A stretch of 64,000 bases of DNA from the human T2T-CHM13v2.0 reference genome, Homo sapiens: assembly GCF_009914755.1 (NCBI RefSeq), contig NC_060947.1. One strand, 5' to 3'. The notes beneath the pieces were generated by a model, which worked only from the letters and a program-made list of their open reading frames with translations, was not told where the DNA came from and ran no database searches. Of the stretch, positions 43,590-60,566 are shown piece after piece (the first letter of the stretch is position 1; each line of letters begins with the position of its first letter). The translations under genes were made by a program, and so were the position numbers.

Positions 43590-43888
43590 TTTTTGTTTTT
43601 TTCTTTTGAGATGGAGTCTCACTCTGTTGCCCAGGTTGGAGTGCAGTGGCGCAATCTCAGCTCACTGCAACCTCCACCTCCTGGCTTCAAGCTACTCTCC
43701 TGCCTCAGCCTCCTGAGTAGCTAGGATTACAGGCACCTGCCACCATACCCAGCTAATTTTTGTATTTTTAGTAGAGAGAGGGTTCCACCATGTTGGCCAG
43801 GCTCATCTCGAACTCCTGACCTCAGGTGATCTGCCCACCTCAGCCTCCCAAAGTGCTGAGATTATAGGCGTGAGCCACTGCTCTGGGC
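43590..43888 (-). mobile_element. Alu (AluS-like)
   Basis: Reverse-complement dimer. Confidence 0.92.
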
Positions 43889-43889
43889 C

Positions 43890-44250
43890 TTCTCCTGGAA
43901 TTTTTGGACCTGAAATAGAGAAAGGTGACTGAATCTCTGATTGGGTGGCTGCAGCTGTGAGGTATAATGCTTGGGAGCATCAGCCATTATATTCTCTGTT
44001 ACATGGAGAAAACTAGTCTGTATGAGAGAGAAGAGAGGCACTAACAAGCAGAGAGGAGACATGAGAAGAGATTCCTGGGTTCCCAGTGTCTGATGCCTAA
44101 CCACATTGCTGCCTTGAGTTTTATGAGATGTGTATTTGCCTTGAGTTTTATGAGTTGTGTATTTCTCTATAAACAATGGAGAAACTCTAACCCCATTTTC
44201 CTTTAAGCTAGTCTGAGTTGAGTGTTGTGCCTTGCCACAAGAGAGGATTA
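43890..44250 (+). mobile_element. Old MLT1 LTR fragment with an internal 27-bp tandem duplication (44110-44163)
   Basis: CCTTTAAGCTAGTCTGAGTTGAG...CTTGCCACAAGAGAG end; TGCCTTGAGTTTTATGAG(A/T)TGTGTATT twice. Confidence 0.6.
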
Positions 44251-44252
44251 CT

Positions 44253-44553
<301 letters not shown>

Positions 44554-45509
44554 TTACCAGTAAGCAAGCGTTATATCAGACTTTACCATAAGCGCTTGTT
44601 TAGTTGGCCATCTTCTCTGCCAGTGATGTCTTCTTCGCTGTGGAATCAAGGCTCTGGAGAGTTTGGCATGTGGTAAGTGCTCAGTGCACACATACATAAT
44701 GGCAGTGGTGGCAGCAGCGGGTGTGGTGGCTGCTCATTGCTGCAGAACAGGCACAGGCAAAGACTGGTCATTTACTGTCTCCAGAGGCTGCCAGATCCGA
44801 CAGCTCCTGTGTCCCTTCTTGTGTCCCAGGAGCCAGCAGAGGGGAGGATGGGACACTGACTCTGGGACTCTGTTCTGTTGGATGCTTTAGGAGCCCAAAG
44901 CAGTCATCATATGGCTTTAGTGACATGCCTAAGTAGGTGTGGGCCTGGTGCTGGGTCACTGTTGAGTTATGCTTCTGCAGGGTCTTGCTGACCCCCACCA
45001 CAGGCCCAGGAGTGGGTCGGTTGTTATTCAGGGGCTCCTTCGTGTCTAGAGCCTGATGAGGATGAACGTCATGGAAACCCATTCTCACATGGCTCCGGGC
45101 ATTTCCAGAGAAAGGGGATTCTATTCGGGCAGACCAGCATACTGACATTTGAAGAGCCAAGGACTACATCCCAGCTCATGTCAACCCACAAATGTGTCTG
45201 GAAAATGCACGTGGCAGCCTTTAGAAATGTCAGCCCATGGTCATGAGCAGAGGGCGGGGGAGTGTTCTGTCACTCCACAGGGACAGCACAGCCCAGGAGT
45301 GGAAACACCAGCTCTTTTTCCACTGGAGAATGGGTGTTTCCCAAAACGGATCCACAAAGGGCAAAGCAGGTTGCGTAGCAAGGTTTAAACTAAGCATAAT
45401 TTACTCAGTGTCATAGTCACAGGCCCTACTTTTTTTTTTTTTTTTTTTTTTTTGTATCTACAGAGACCTCTGGAAGCCACGCAGTCCTTTTACTCTCCCT
45501 TTATTTTCC

Positions 45510-47260
<1,751 letters not shown>

Positions 47261-50200
47261 TGAAACCTTCCACTCCCAGATGAGAAGCAAGCAGTGGGGA
47301 GGAAACACAGACAACAGAGTTTGGACAGAAAGTTACTTTTCCTCAAACAATTAGCAACCATATATTGAGCTGTTTCTTAGTTCAGGGCTCTGGGTTGTAT
47401 TCCAGCATATTCAGAAAAAATATGACACAGTACTCAAGAAATGTTCTGGAGATGACTGTTGCTAAATTCCCCCATATATCTATCCATAGTCCCTGCTTAA
47501 GGGGTAGGCTAGGGAACTCCAATATTCCTCATGACCAAACCTCCCTGACCACTGCTGACTGGCCAGGCCAATATACCTGATCTAGGGCGGAACCAATCCC
47601 TAACCCCGACTGAATCAATGAGATTCTCTTCTGAGATTTTTTAACTCAGAGACAGAAAATCAGTCAGAGAGGATTTATGGGCCCTGGAGCTTGTCAGGCC
47701 ATTTCACAGAGTTAGAGCCGCCATTTGGGGCAGCCAAACTGAGTTAGACATAATCAGGCAAAGGAGTCAAGGAAGAGTCAGCGAGTAGAGACAGAACACA
47801 TCGGTCACCCAGAGAACCACGGGGAGGAGTGACTGTGGGCCCCAGGCTGAGGGAGAGGGACAGAGCCCAGCCTCATTTCTAGATCTCTAAGTCTCAGTCC
47901 CTGGCCCCGTGATCCGCGGTAGTTTTGGGTTATACAAGGGACCCTTGTCTCCTGTTACTAAACCTCCCGTGTCTTTGAGCTAATTTAAATAGTATTCTGA
48001 TCCTCGGTATCAAGAGTGTCCTAGGACAAGGTATTTTCATATCAACTGAAAAAGATAATAAAACATTTTCATCTTGTATGATATATTTTTGCCTTCAAGA
48101 GTTTTGTGGGTACCATCACCCCTCATTTTATAGCTAGAGGAAGTGAAACTGGAAAACCTGGGGGCTTGGCCAAGATCACCCTGACCACAAAAGGCAGACC
48201 TCAGCCACCAGCTGGAGGCATCTGCTGCCAAGTGGGCTTTCCCTCCATCCCACCTTGCTGTATGCAACCCAAAGCATTATATAAGCACGTGCTAAATCAT
48301 GGGGCTATGGCTGTAAGTGCTGACCAGTTCCTGAGAGAGAGGGTGATCAATACTGGCAAGTGTAGCCAGGGAGGCTGGCCCGGGAAGCCGGCCGGGCCCT
48401 GAATGACCTCTCTGGCTTCCACCCATTCCCCCACACACTCAGAGATGCTTCCCATGGTCACTCTTGCTTATTTATTTGTATGGCACTCTTCCTCAGAGGA
48501 ATAGGGCTGGTGCACTGAAGGAAAATCAGAGTACTGGTCCCTCAAAGTGTCAGGCTTGGCCTGCAGAGCTGCTCATGTGGCCCCTACAGCGGCCTGGCCA
48601 CCTCTTCAAGGACTCACGGGGCCATGAAGTTCACACATGGATTGCTCTCCCCACCTACGCATCATCCTCCACCATATTTCACACAAGAAGTAGGGAAATG
48701 GGCCCCTGAGCAAAGTGGCCAGGCACCGGCCCCTCCCATCGGTACCCTCTGCAATCCGCAGAAGAGCCCAGAGGTCTCAAGTGGCCTCCAATTTCCCTAC
48801 AAAGTAAGATCCTGAGAGTTCTCCAGCATGTAGAATTCCACAATGGGGGCGGGGTTGAGGGGGCAGCGGAGACAGCTCAGATCTCCCCTGCAGGGACAAA
48901 CGCGTCCCCTCGAAGGAATCCACTTTGGCCCTTCTGTCCACAGCCACATCTAAGAAAATAATTAGTTCACCTAATCTTTCCTAAGCACCCACTATGTACA
49001 AAACATCCTGGAGGGCACTGGCAGGGATTCAGGAGGCTTCCGGGTACATTCTCCACCAGGGGAGGGGACAGGGCTGGAGCCTGGGGGGAGGGGAAGCAGG
49101 AACTAAATCTCCTGCCAAGTAGGACGGAAATTACATTTCTTCCCCTCCTCCTTCTTCTGCCTCCCTCAAAGCCCCTCCCTGACGACTCACTTTTTATATC
49201 TCTCCAATTACAGTTTTAAGCATTTAGGGTGTTGGTGTTTGAGTTTTAAAACTTGTTAGGCTCAATTTATGCCACTTAGTAAAACCTCTATTCCAAATGA
49301 AGCCAAATTAGAACTAAAACACTGCAAGCAATAAAATGTGAGCGTTACATCTGGGCTGGGTTGGCTTTTTGATTGTTTGTGTAAATGAAGCCTTCGGGAG
49401 CCTGTCTCAGGCCTGGGCAAGGGGAGCAATTCCCTCAGGTCCCCCTGGAGGTCTGTTAGCTGGTTGGGGCCAGCCTTCTCCCTCGCTGAGGCTCAGGTCT
49501 GGAAGAGCAGGTTCATGTGCAGCCAGGCAAAGAGCGAGCCTTTAAAACAGGTCACTGTAACCCTTGGCAATGCCCTCCCCATCGCTGACCCCTCAGCGGA
49601 TGGTAGAAGCCACATGGTCTCCCCACAGCAACACGGCCAGCGCTTCCTGCTGGACGGCCAACAGCACCCTGGCAGGCCCTACGTCAGCAGGTGACAGCCA
49701 CCCACTGCCACTGCACAGCGTACAATAAATAGACATTGAATAGAATTGAACCAGCTGTAACCACGGACACAGTCGGGAATATCTCCTCCCCGCCCTTGCC
49801 ATGCAATGCCTGAAATATGCCCCTGCCTCCAATGGCCATTCCTCTCTGCTCTGACTCTGGGGCCACCCATCAAGGTGAAGGTGGAGCCCAAAGAGAAGGA
49901 GGAAAAGGACATTCTGAGCTACTAATTAGGCATCTGGTGTGAGGGGAGGTGGCTGCCAAGCAGGTCAGAGAAGTTCCTAACTGATGAGCCAAGGATCTAA
50001 GCTATGAGCTAGGCCTCCCTGGGGCCCTCAGGAGGTGACATCTGGGGTTCCTAGGCTGGCCCTGTCTGTGCCAGGGGAAGAAGGCAGAGAATACGGTGAG
50101 GACTGAGAGCTGGAGAGGGAAGATCAAGGCAGCGGCGATGGCCACAGTGATGAGACAGTGACTAAGGGCCAGTGTGCGGTTTGCCAAGCAATTTGGCTTG

Positions 50201-50624
50201 TCCCCATGCCAACAATAAAGGCCCAGTGTCTGGCAGGAGATGGGGATTTTGTGTGCAGAGGGACACCTTACGACTGACCCTGGCAGAGAGCCACAGTCAT
50301 CAGGAACAAGAGAGGAGAACAGATATAAGGGGGGAAAGGTCTCCTTTAGAGGGGCAGGACTGGCCTCAGGCTGCAGGAAGGGTGTCTGGGGAGGATGCAA
50401 TGGAGTTGAAGAAATTTCATGTGTGGTTGGGGGCAGGGGTTGCCCTACTGAAGGAGTCTATTATGTTTGGAATAATCTCTCAAAGCAAGGGGAAATAAAG
50501 TACAATCAGTGGAGGAAACCTCTGGAACAATTTAAGGGAAACTGGACAAAACCCCCCAGACTGTAATAAAATGGCATCTGGAGTCCTGCTGGTTCCCAAG
50601 GACTCTCTACCACAGGCTGGGGTC

Positions 50625-51330
<706 letters not shown>

Positions 51331-52939
51331 CTGGGCGGTGCCCCTCCATGTCAGCCACTCCCTCTCCCCTCCCTCAATGTCTAGGCTTCTAGCACATCTG
51401 GACAGATCAATCTCTTTCTTTACCTCGGGGCCTGGTCGCCCCCTCACTGTTCCTCCGGAGGCTGATGCCTGTCTGGAACCTGGTCTGACCCTAGCCCAGC
51501 CTTGCGTTTTAGTTGGCCCAGGCCCACGGAGGAGAACGCTAGTCTGATTTCTCCATTGTGCTTTCCTCCTACACTCAGGCACTGAGTCCCGGGAACCAAC
51601 GGCCATCACAGCTTGCGACTGCAGGGGGCCTCATGCTTCCGGCTTGTTTAAGGGTTGCTTCTGCAGGGCTGATCATTAGGCTTCATTGTGCCACCCACCA
51701 GGGCACTAGGCAGCCCAGGACGACCCTCGGACAAGCCCAACCACAGTTAAATAAGACAACCCAATCAGCACCACAAAATATCCATAGCTTGGCCCATCGG
51801 CTGTGGCGAACGTGTTCCTCTCCAGCCGCCAGCTCAGCCCCCCTTCCTCCCAAGAGTTGCCAGTGACCAGCTGTTACTTGTTCCCCAGCCATGTAGCTTC
51901 ACCAGCAAAGAATCCAGGGCTCCGGCTCCACTCTCCAGCCTGGTGGTTGAAATAACCAGCACATTCTTCACATACCTGCCAGCTTCCCAACTTGCCTAGG
52001 CTGTTCGGCAGCCCGACTTCTCTCTCTGGATTAATATTAAGGGTCTTGAAGAGGAGCAGGACAGGTCTGGGGAAACGTGGGGACTGAGTAAACATTCGGG
52101 GCTAACCCCAGCCCTCACTTCCCCTCCTGACATCTGGCCTAAACTCCCTGCTGCAAACCCCTTGAAGCTACTTCCCCTGGCACAAGTTATGGCCCAGAAC
52201 GAAGTGTTGGGTGCTGAGCAGGGAAGCCAGGAGTGGCTTCCGGCTTACCTGGTAGTAGAAAAGGAATGCCTAGAGCACTTCGCTAAAACGATCTGGGGAG
52301 AAGTTGGGGGACAGTGTGGTACTCACTGTGGCTGTGCACATAAACGACACCAGCCAATGCAAGCCACATCAGGAGGGTGGTCTTGGTTGGAACCGCCCAG
52401 CCCACTCTTGCTTATAACTTGGGTCAGCAAGAAGCTGTGGGCTTCCAGGGGTGGAATCCTAGAGGAGACCTCCTACAGGCCTACTTAACCCCCATTACAT
52501 TCATTCCCTAATATACTTTTCACCTTCAGCAAATAGTGCAAATTTGAATTTTTACTCACTGATCAAATATTTACCCTGTGAGCTGCCAGTCTGGCTGAGC
52601 TTGACTTCCACAATTCTCCACATTTGTATTAGATGAATTAGCATTTTATTGTTGGCAGATTCGACAGTGAGATAAGGAAGACCAGAGGTAGCAGCCCAAG
52701 AGATTCTCCATGAAGAGTATGTTCAGTTTAGTCTTTTGTCTTAGTGTAAGTGACAGGTCTCCCAAACAATCCATCAGATATTTTAAAACATTGTTTTGGA
52801 AGGTATGAAAGATAATTGCTCACAAAGAACAACAACTTTCTGTACTTCTCATCTTCGTGACACACACCTTCAAAATCTGTTACCTGGGAACGTGGGTTTA
52901 AGGAGTGTTTCATTGTTTCGTTCTGTTTTGTTGCCACAG

Positions 52940-53090
52940 AAGCTTGAGCAAATCAAGTCACCTCTCTGAGCCTCAGCTTCCTTATTGGCATAATGGGCAC
53001 AGTAACATTACCCCTTTCAGAAGGCTGTTGTGAGGGTCAAAATAAATATTAGAGATGACCAACACTGTAAAATATAAAGCACTACATGAA
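52940..53090 (+). mobile_element. MIR
   Basis: AAGTCACCTCTCTGAGCCTCAGCTTCCTTAT...TTGTGAGG. Confidence 0.7.
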
Positions 53091-53114
53091 GAATTGTATA
53101 AGACTAGAAACTGA

Positions 53115-53612
53115 GGCCATTTTAAAACATGGTCCCCAAAGTCTTTAACACTCCTCCCATCAAGAACTGGGGTCTATGTCCCCTCTCCTTGAATCTGAGT
53201 GGGCTCATGACTGCTTCAACCCATACAGTATAGCATGAATGACACTGTGTGGCTTCCAAAGCTGTGTCAGAAAGGTGCATGCAACTTTCACCTAGTTCTC
53301 GTAGCACAGTTGCTATGGGGGAAGCCAGTCGCCACATAAGAAATCCAGCCTTCCTGAGACTGCTGTACTGAGGAGGCCGCGCACAGAGGCTCCGGGTGAC
53401 AACTCCTCCCCACCAAGGCACCGGACATGAGTGGAGCCATGTTGGAAACCTCCAGACCCAGCTCACCTGCCACTGGGTAGTCTCAGTAGATACCATGAGG
53501 AGTGAAAGAAGGGCCCAGCTGAACCCCGCCCAAATTGTGCACAATGAAATGGGTGTGGTTTTGTGCCTCTAAATTTGGGTGGTTTGTTACACAGCAGTAA
53601 TAACTGGAACAA
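53115..53612 (+). mobile_element. MLT1 (F/G/H-like) LTR
   Basis: CACTCCTCCCATCAAGA...GGGTCTATGTCCCCTCTCCTTGAATCTG...TTGTTACACAGCAGTAATAACTGGAACA. Confidence 0.8.
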
Positions 53613-53642
53613 AAACTATTCACTTATTAAGTTCCTGTATCT

Positions 53643-53981
<339 letters not shown>

Positions 53982-54399
53982 TTATCTCTTGTTTTGTTTC
54001 CTTGTTCCAATTGGACTCTAAGAGACAGAGTGAGGTGGGATATCTCCTGACCCAACTTTGTAGATATGGGGCCACAACGTGTTCAAGTGTCCCTGGAACA
54101 AGGGAAGACTTGAACCCAGAAGTCCTGCTGCCCAGTCCCCTGCTTTCCCCACAGGACAGGGCTTCCAAGTCCATAAAGGGAGAGGTTGTCTCCATGGGTT
54201 CTGATCCCATGTAAAAGAGTTAATAGAAAACTCCTAATTATCCAAGCAATAAAGTGGAAGGGTGCCACAGAAAACCACAAACAGCCCAGCATCCCCAATT
54301 AACTTCTTGACTGTGGAATGCTGGGGTTTTGTTGTTGAAGCACGCTGTCCTTCCCACTTATGTCTGGGCTTCTGCTAAAATGCAAAAGAAAAAGAAAAA

Positions 54400-54930
54400 A
54401 AAAATAGATGGGCTTTTCCAGAACCTACACTGCCGGGAAGGAGCTTGGTGTGGCCCAGAAGGGCGTGATAAGCGTGCTGGCGGTGGCCTGTCAGGGATCT
54501 TCAAAATACCCAGCTTCAGAGACTCCGGAAAGTGAGCAATCTACACCTGGAAAACAGGTTGCTGGCTGCACAGAGCTTTCCAAGTCTGGATGCCGTTTAC
54601 ACTTGCCGAAGCGCAGCCTTCTAATTCCAGCCGCTCATGAAAAGGCACGTAGATCCTCCGTGACGTCAAATCGCTCTTTCAACTGAGCATAATTTCTTTC
54701 AATGATGGGCTTGGAGGGGTTTCAGCGACGGTGGGTTTTTTTTTTAATGAATCATAAACATGCAGATCAGATTTAGTGTTATGACTGTGGTGCGCAGAGC
54801 GTCACTGTTAATTCTTGCTAAGCGCTGACAGCAGGATCAACCCCCAAACAGCACAGGCAAATACACCATCCCAGCCCCGGGGGCTTAGAGACTGCATAAT
54901 TACAGACATCGCACAGTAGTCATTATCACC
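54400..54930. promoter_or_regulatory. Repeat-free, CpG-retaining block with a full CRE; candidate enhancer
   Basis: TGACGTCA 54661-54668; about 20 CpGs; TAAT and TGACAG motifs. Confidence 0.35.
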
Positions 54931-55892
54931 GGAACATCTCAGCCCAGGCATGGCACCCCCGATCCGGAGAGCCCCCTGGTGTGCCTGCCAGCTCCAGTTC
55001 CCTCAACCAGGGCAGAGTTTGTTCCCATCTTTAGACCAGAAGGTGGGTAAAGGTCACCAAAAGCTGGGCACAGCAGGTCAGAGCCGGAGTGCCCACTCCC
55101 CTGTTCTGAAGGTTGCAGTTCGAGGCAGTTGATGCTTCCTCTGAAATGCTAAAGAGAAGCTGGGAGGACAGGGGTGGAGCGCGGTGCAGAGTACACGCCA
55201 GATTTTGCTAAATGCCGAACAGCTGAACAAGTCCCCAGGGCTGAGGATCACTCGGTGTCTCTCATCAAAGGCAGAGAGTGGGGGCTGGAGTCAGAGCGCT
55301 AGCTCTGGGCATGCTGGGGTGCCGGGTCACTGTGTATGCCCCAAGATTGCCCAGGGGGGCCGCAGGAGCCACCGCCAGGCTGTTTTCACAGCAATCAATA
55401 AGGGCATCATAAAACCTCCCGTCTAGGGTTCTAACACCACCTTTCCTCCCGAAGATTTAAAGGGAAAACCAAACTCCTGGGGTCTGCTGAACTCTGCTGG
55501 GCTCTCCTTCCCCTTCTGGGTCAGCCTGCGAATATTTAATAAGCCTCAGCCACTTGCAAGTCTTTGAGTTGGAGCTAAGAGGCAAAAGAGGATAGAAAAT
55601 AGGCAGCCTCAAGACCTGGAGGATGGGAAGGTGATTTTAGATATTTCAGTTCAATGTTTTCTGGTGTGGGAATGCCAGTAACCATGCATTACCATGCGTT
55701 ACCATCCAGCATTCCAGAGTATTTGCTTCATGCTCCCTGCTTCGTATTTACGGTCTCACTTTGCTCTCCCAAGGACACCATGAGGTGGGTATTATCACCG
55801 CCTGCAAAACAGATGAGGAAACTGAGGCTCAACTTCAGCAACCTACTCAAAGCCACTCTATTCTTTCTGACTCTGAAGCCATACTCTTTATG

Positions 55893-56070
55893 TCGGTGGT
55901 CCCTGACCTGGGCTGCACATGGAAACCTATAGGGAGCTTTTAAAACACCCCACGCCCAGGCCACACCTGAGACCCAAGAAGTCTGAATTTTGGGGCTGGG
56001 ACAGAGGCATCGGTACATCTTACAGCCCCCCAGCTGACTCCAACATGAAGTTAAGATTGAGAACCAGTGC
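55893..56070. mobile_element. MER5A next to a MIR fragment (about 55720-55890)
   Basis: GGCTGCACATGGAA...GGGAGCTTTTAAAA...GCCCAGGCC...TTGAGAACCAGTG. Confidence 0.75.
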
Positions 56071-56390
56071 TCTGTACCACTGGAGTCATCTTTCTTTCTC
56101 TCCTTCCAGCTTTCCTCCCTTCCTTCCAACAAATATGCATTCAGTGCCTATTAAATGCCAGGCTCATAAATGTTCCATAAAGTAGCTTCCTTCTCTCCAG
56201 AGCAGTAGATCTCAGGGGTGTGTGGGAGGGGAAGGACCCTCACAGACTGTCACTCAGAGTGACAAGAAGTGATCCTGACAGAAATGGACTCGCGACACTG
56301 GCCAGAAGGCAGAAATAGTGGTGTGGTCTAGGGAGCTGAAGGTTCCCTGAGAAGCAATCCTCCAGCTCTGCTACAAACTCCAGCAGAAAG

Positions 56391-56555
56391 GGCCTGTGGT
56401 CCCAGCTACTCAGGAGGCTGAGGTGGGAGGATGGCTTGAGCCCAGGAGTTCAAGACTGCAGTGAGCCTTGATGGCACCACTGTACTCCAGCCTGGGTGAC
56501 AGAGCAAGAACCTGTCTCTGAAAAAAAGAGAGAGAGAGAGAGAGAGACAGAGAGA
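56391..56555 (+). mobile_element. Alu right monomer (FRAM/AluJ fragment) with (GA)n tail
   Basis: GCCTGTGGTCCCAGCTACTCAGGAGGCTGAGG...CCTGTCTC. Confidence 0.85.
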
Positions 56556-57424
56556 CTCCAGAAAGGGTAGAATTTGGTGCTGACCATTCCAGCCTGGAAA
56601 ATGTTACCCCTAAAGTGGCTTCCATCTTTCTGAGAGGAGAAAGGTGCACACCAACCTACAGGGCCACCTACAGAGCCACCCATAACCAAGGGGAGGGAGA
56701 GCACTCAGGCAAGTCCGACTGTACCCATCAAGCTGCTAGTGAGGGTGCAGCCAGGCCAAAGGAGTCCCCTTCCCATTGTCTGGAACAAAGGGAGAATGGG
56801 AATGTCCTGCTCCCTATTGTAGAACCCTTCCTCCCTTCTAGAAGCCAGGGAACAGTGCTGCAAATCAATTGTTTTCCAACTAAAGAAAGCTCTCTTGACA
56901 TGGGAAGCCTGGCATTGCTTTGAATGCAATATGCAAGAAGCGTGCTTATTCAAAAGAATGCCAGCCTTCTCATGTCAAGTGAGACAGGGTAAATTTTCTT
57001 GGGCAACCAGCAGAATTTTTTTTTATCTTTAAGCCATAACAAGTAGAAAAACACTAACCCCTCACCTAACCAGCATCAGGGAAGAATGGGTTGTTTTAAA
57101 GAAATGAAGTTGCAGGATAAGTAAAGCTAACCCTCTGTAAACTCCAAAACTTAAAAAGCATAACTATTTTTAAATAAACCAAGTCTAAACTGCATTTCAC
57201 ATGTCCCCATTTCCTTAGATGGCGCTGACACACTTGGTGTGTGTCTTGGTGGCCCACTCACTCAGAACATCGACAACTGTGTCTTGCTGAAAGACAAAGA
57301 GGCCTTCTGTATCTTTGGTCCTTCATTGGATGGCCCCACCCGGCTATCCTCTTTGAGTTCTGGTTTCTATTAAATAGTTTGTTCCCATCTCTTCTTTTGC
57401 TCTACTGTTGACCATAATCCCTTC

Positions 57425-57550
57425 CTGGCCAAGGCAGAAGGATCACTTGAGCCCGAGAGTTCAAGGCTGTAGTGAGCTACCGCACTCCAGCCTGGGCAAC
57501 AGAGTGAGAGCCTGTCTCTACAAAAAGAAAAGAAAACAAAAACAAAATAA
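57425..57550 (+). mobile_element. Internally deleted Alu monomer fragment
   Basis: GGCCAAGGCAGAAGGATCACTTGAGCCC...GCACTCCAGCCTGGGCAACAGAG then A-rich tail. Confidence 0.75.
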
Positions 57551-60526
57551 TAACCCCTCCCTCCCGCTTTTAGTATCCCAGAGTCCTCTTAGTCTGTGTC
57601 CAAACCTGAACTCATTTAATTATCCTTCCAACTTGTTCCTCTTTCTCTTGTATTCCTGATTTTAGTCATGGGAGTCAAAACAAAAGCAAAAATGAAAGGG
57701 GGTGTTGAAGGAATTTTAGAGTCATCTAGTTGGTTAGAATCGTGTGTGAAATAAGAGTAAAGAGGTTCTGATGAAAAAGGATCGAGCATTTGTACAACGA
57801 TGACTACTTAGAACAGGGAATTCCTCACATATTTTGGTTCTTCTTGGTTGTTCCAGATACTTGGGATTGCTAAATCAAGTAATTTCTGGATAAGCAAGCT
57901 GTCATAGCTCATAGTTTTTTCTTTGTTTCCTTTGGGTTTAAAGCATCAATTTTGTATAATTCAAGAAACAGGCTATAATTCAGGGGCTCTACGGGAGCTT
58001 TTGACCTCTCTCCCATCTCAATTCCCCTATTACATAATCCTCCAGAGGAGATCCCCCAGGACTCCAAGTCGGAAAGAGCAACTGCCAGACCCGACCAACG
58101 TGCATGAGGCTTACACCTCCTCCTTCCCCTCTTCTCCTTTGCTTTTCCTCCAATGTGAGTGTACCCCACCCCATCCCACCCATGCTGCCCCCATGCCTGA
58201 GGCACCAGTTAAAAACCACGGCAGCGGGTAGGGCTGACCAGGAATAAAAGTGGCCTTGCAACCAAGACTCGCTAAAGTGACAGAGGGGAGTCCATCTCTG
58301 AGACAGTAGCTAGGGGAAGGTAGGCTGGCAAACCACCACAGTCAGGAGCTGACTCAGAAACAGAATTTGGTCAGCATACTTGGCACAGACCTGCCTGCCA
58401 AACCTGACTCATAGTCACCAAACTCAGAAGATTGGTGGATAAATCAGATGCCCAACACAGCTATTGGCAATGGGGTGCATTCCTTTCCCAGGGCAGGAAA
58501 GCTTGTGACCACCTCTGCACCATCCTCTTTGAGGTTCCTGGGAAACTGAGTCTGTGATGGGAGTGTTGTACGTGTGTCATAGAAAGAAGAAGCAGAAGTC
58601 ACAACCAACATCTCTGCCCCGGGTGGATCAAGCCGTGCCAATGTCCACTTTAGGCCTCTTGACTCCCTGGTGACCACTCCTGCCTTTAACACAATCTATC
58701 AAACTGGTCACGATATGACAGGCCAGGGCAGAGCCTTTCTTCACATCCTGAGACTGTACCTCTGACGTCCTGGGTGAACCAGGCTATCCCAGCTCTCCCC
58801 AGGTGCCCCCGTAGCTGAGAAGGGAGGAGAAAGTGTTTGGGAGATCAAGGAGGATGGACTCACCAACAGACAAGGTTCTCATTTTCCTAAGCGCTGCAGC
58901 TCTACAGTTCCTTATGGAAAGCCCCTCTAAACTGATTCCAGTGCCACTTAGAAAATCAGTCCCTCTGGCCTTTCCCTTCTGCTTTCAGGAGGGTGAAGGC
59001 TAATCATCAAACTGATTCAAAAGTTCTGAATTCTCAGAGAAAGCCTGAACAGAGACCAGAATGGGTGTTGCATCCTGCCTCTCCTGAGCACCACATTGGC
59101 CTGGCTGCTCAAGGCTGCCTGGAGACCACCGTGCACTGCCCTGATCTGTCATTCACCAGGACAGCCCTGCTCAACCTCGTGGGAGCAGCTCACCCACAGC
59201 CTCCTCACCGACCTCCCGGGCAGCTTGTCGGAGCCGTCTCTTTGCCTAACACAGAAGCTTTGGAATGAAGCAGGGAGAGAAAGACGTGAGTGGCGGCGGT
59301 GGGGGACCCTTCTCTGAGCTTATTAAGAATCTTTTGTGCGCCATAGAATAAGTCCAGTCTTGTCCGTCCTGCTCCCCCTGCACTTAACTTTTTCAGGCCT
59401 GATGAGCTTAAATGCTTCAGTTAGTCCATGAAACCAAAAGCACTCCTTGGCCTTTGACTGTGTCTGGGTTTCTTTTATGTGGCCATCATAATTAGACAGT
59501 GGCCCGACCCCGTGGCCGGAGGTGCCTGCTCTGGCACTCCACAGCCCTGTCCTGTCTCTGGAGACTCACACACTGTGCCAGACTGGAAGAACAGTCTGGA
59601 AGGAAAGCCCGTTGTCAAACAAATCATCGTTCTGGGAACACAAAGCCGCAGGGACCCTCGGGGTGCTGCTGACACCCGGGCCGGCAGCATCAGAGAGCTG
59701 TGTCTCCTGTGTGGCGCTGAAGCCCCAAGTTTGGAGACAGAAAGCTGGCTGGTGGCCAACAGCAGCAGCAGCAGTGGACACCTTATCTAAACAAAGGGAG
59801 AGGGCACCGAGCGTGAGGGGAAGGGGTAGGTGGACACTGCGTGGGTGGTTTCGTGTTGCAATTTTTTTTTCTCTTTTGTGGCTGTTGTTTTCTTTTTCAT
59901 CTATTCAGTTTTGTAGTATTCAACAGCCGGGCGCTTGGCAAAACCTGGCAGCGTTATCCACACGGCCGTTTTCAGTCCAAATGGCTCCTGTCAACTTTTA
60001 CAGCCCCGCGCTAAAACTCCAGGCACGTCTCTTATTGCCAGCACAGGGTTATTTATTTGCCCGGACTGTCTGGCCTCACATTTTTCACGTGTGTGTTACC
60101 CCGGCAGTTGCTTCAACTTCCCTCTGGCCCTTAAAACGCTAGTAAACGCCCAGTCCAATTTAGAGCTGGGAGGTGTTGAGCATTTCATCTTTTCAGGATC
60201 CTGCACTGGTTAATGTCATTTTCGTCTCCGTTCAGCTTTTGACCTGAAGGAAGGGGAAGCCTTCTCCACTGTGAAAATTACTCTTTCACTGGAAACCATT
60301 GTTACTAATAATAACCTCACCAGGCACACCATCGAATGGTCCGGATGCCCCCTGCCCGCAGGGGTGGGGCACACACATGACTCAGAGGGGACATGGCTGG
60401 CCCAGGTCAGCGGGTGAGGGCCACAGCCTTGGCCACTCCACGTCTGGAACCCTGGTCATGTTCTGCAACTGGGCCTTTCATTCTTTTTTAATCCTTTACA
60501 CAAACAGTGTGTGTGTGAACATGCGC

Positions 60527-60534
60527 ACGCTGGT

Positions 60535-60566
<32 letters not shown>
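60527..60566. repeat. (GT)n microsatellite
   Basis: Direct reading. Confidence 0.9.
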
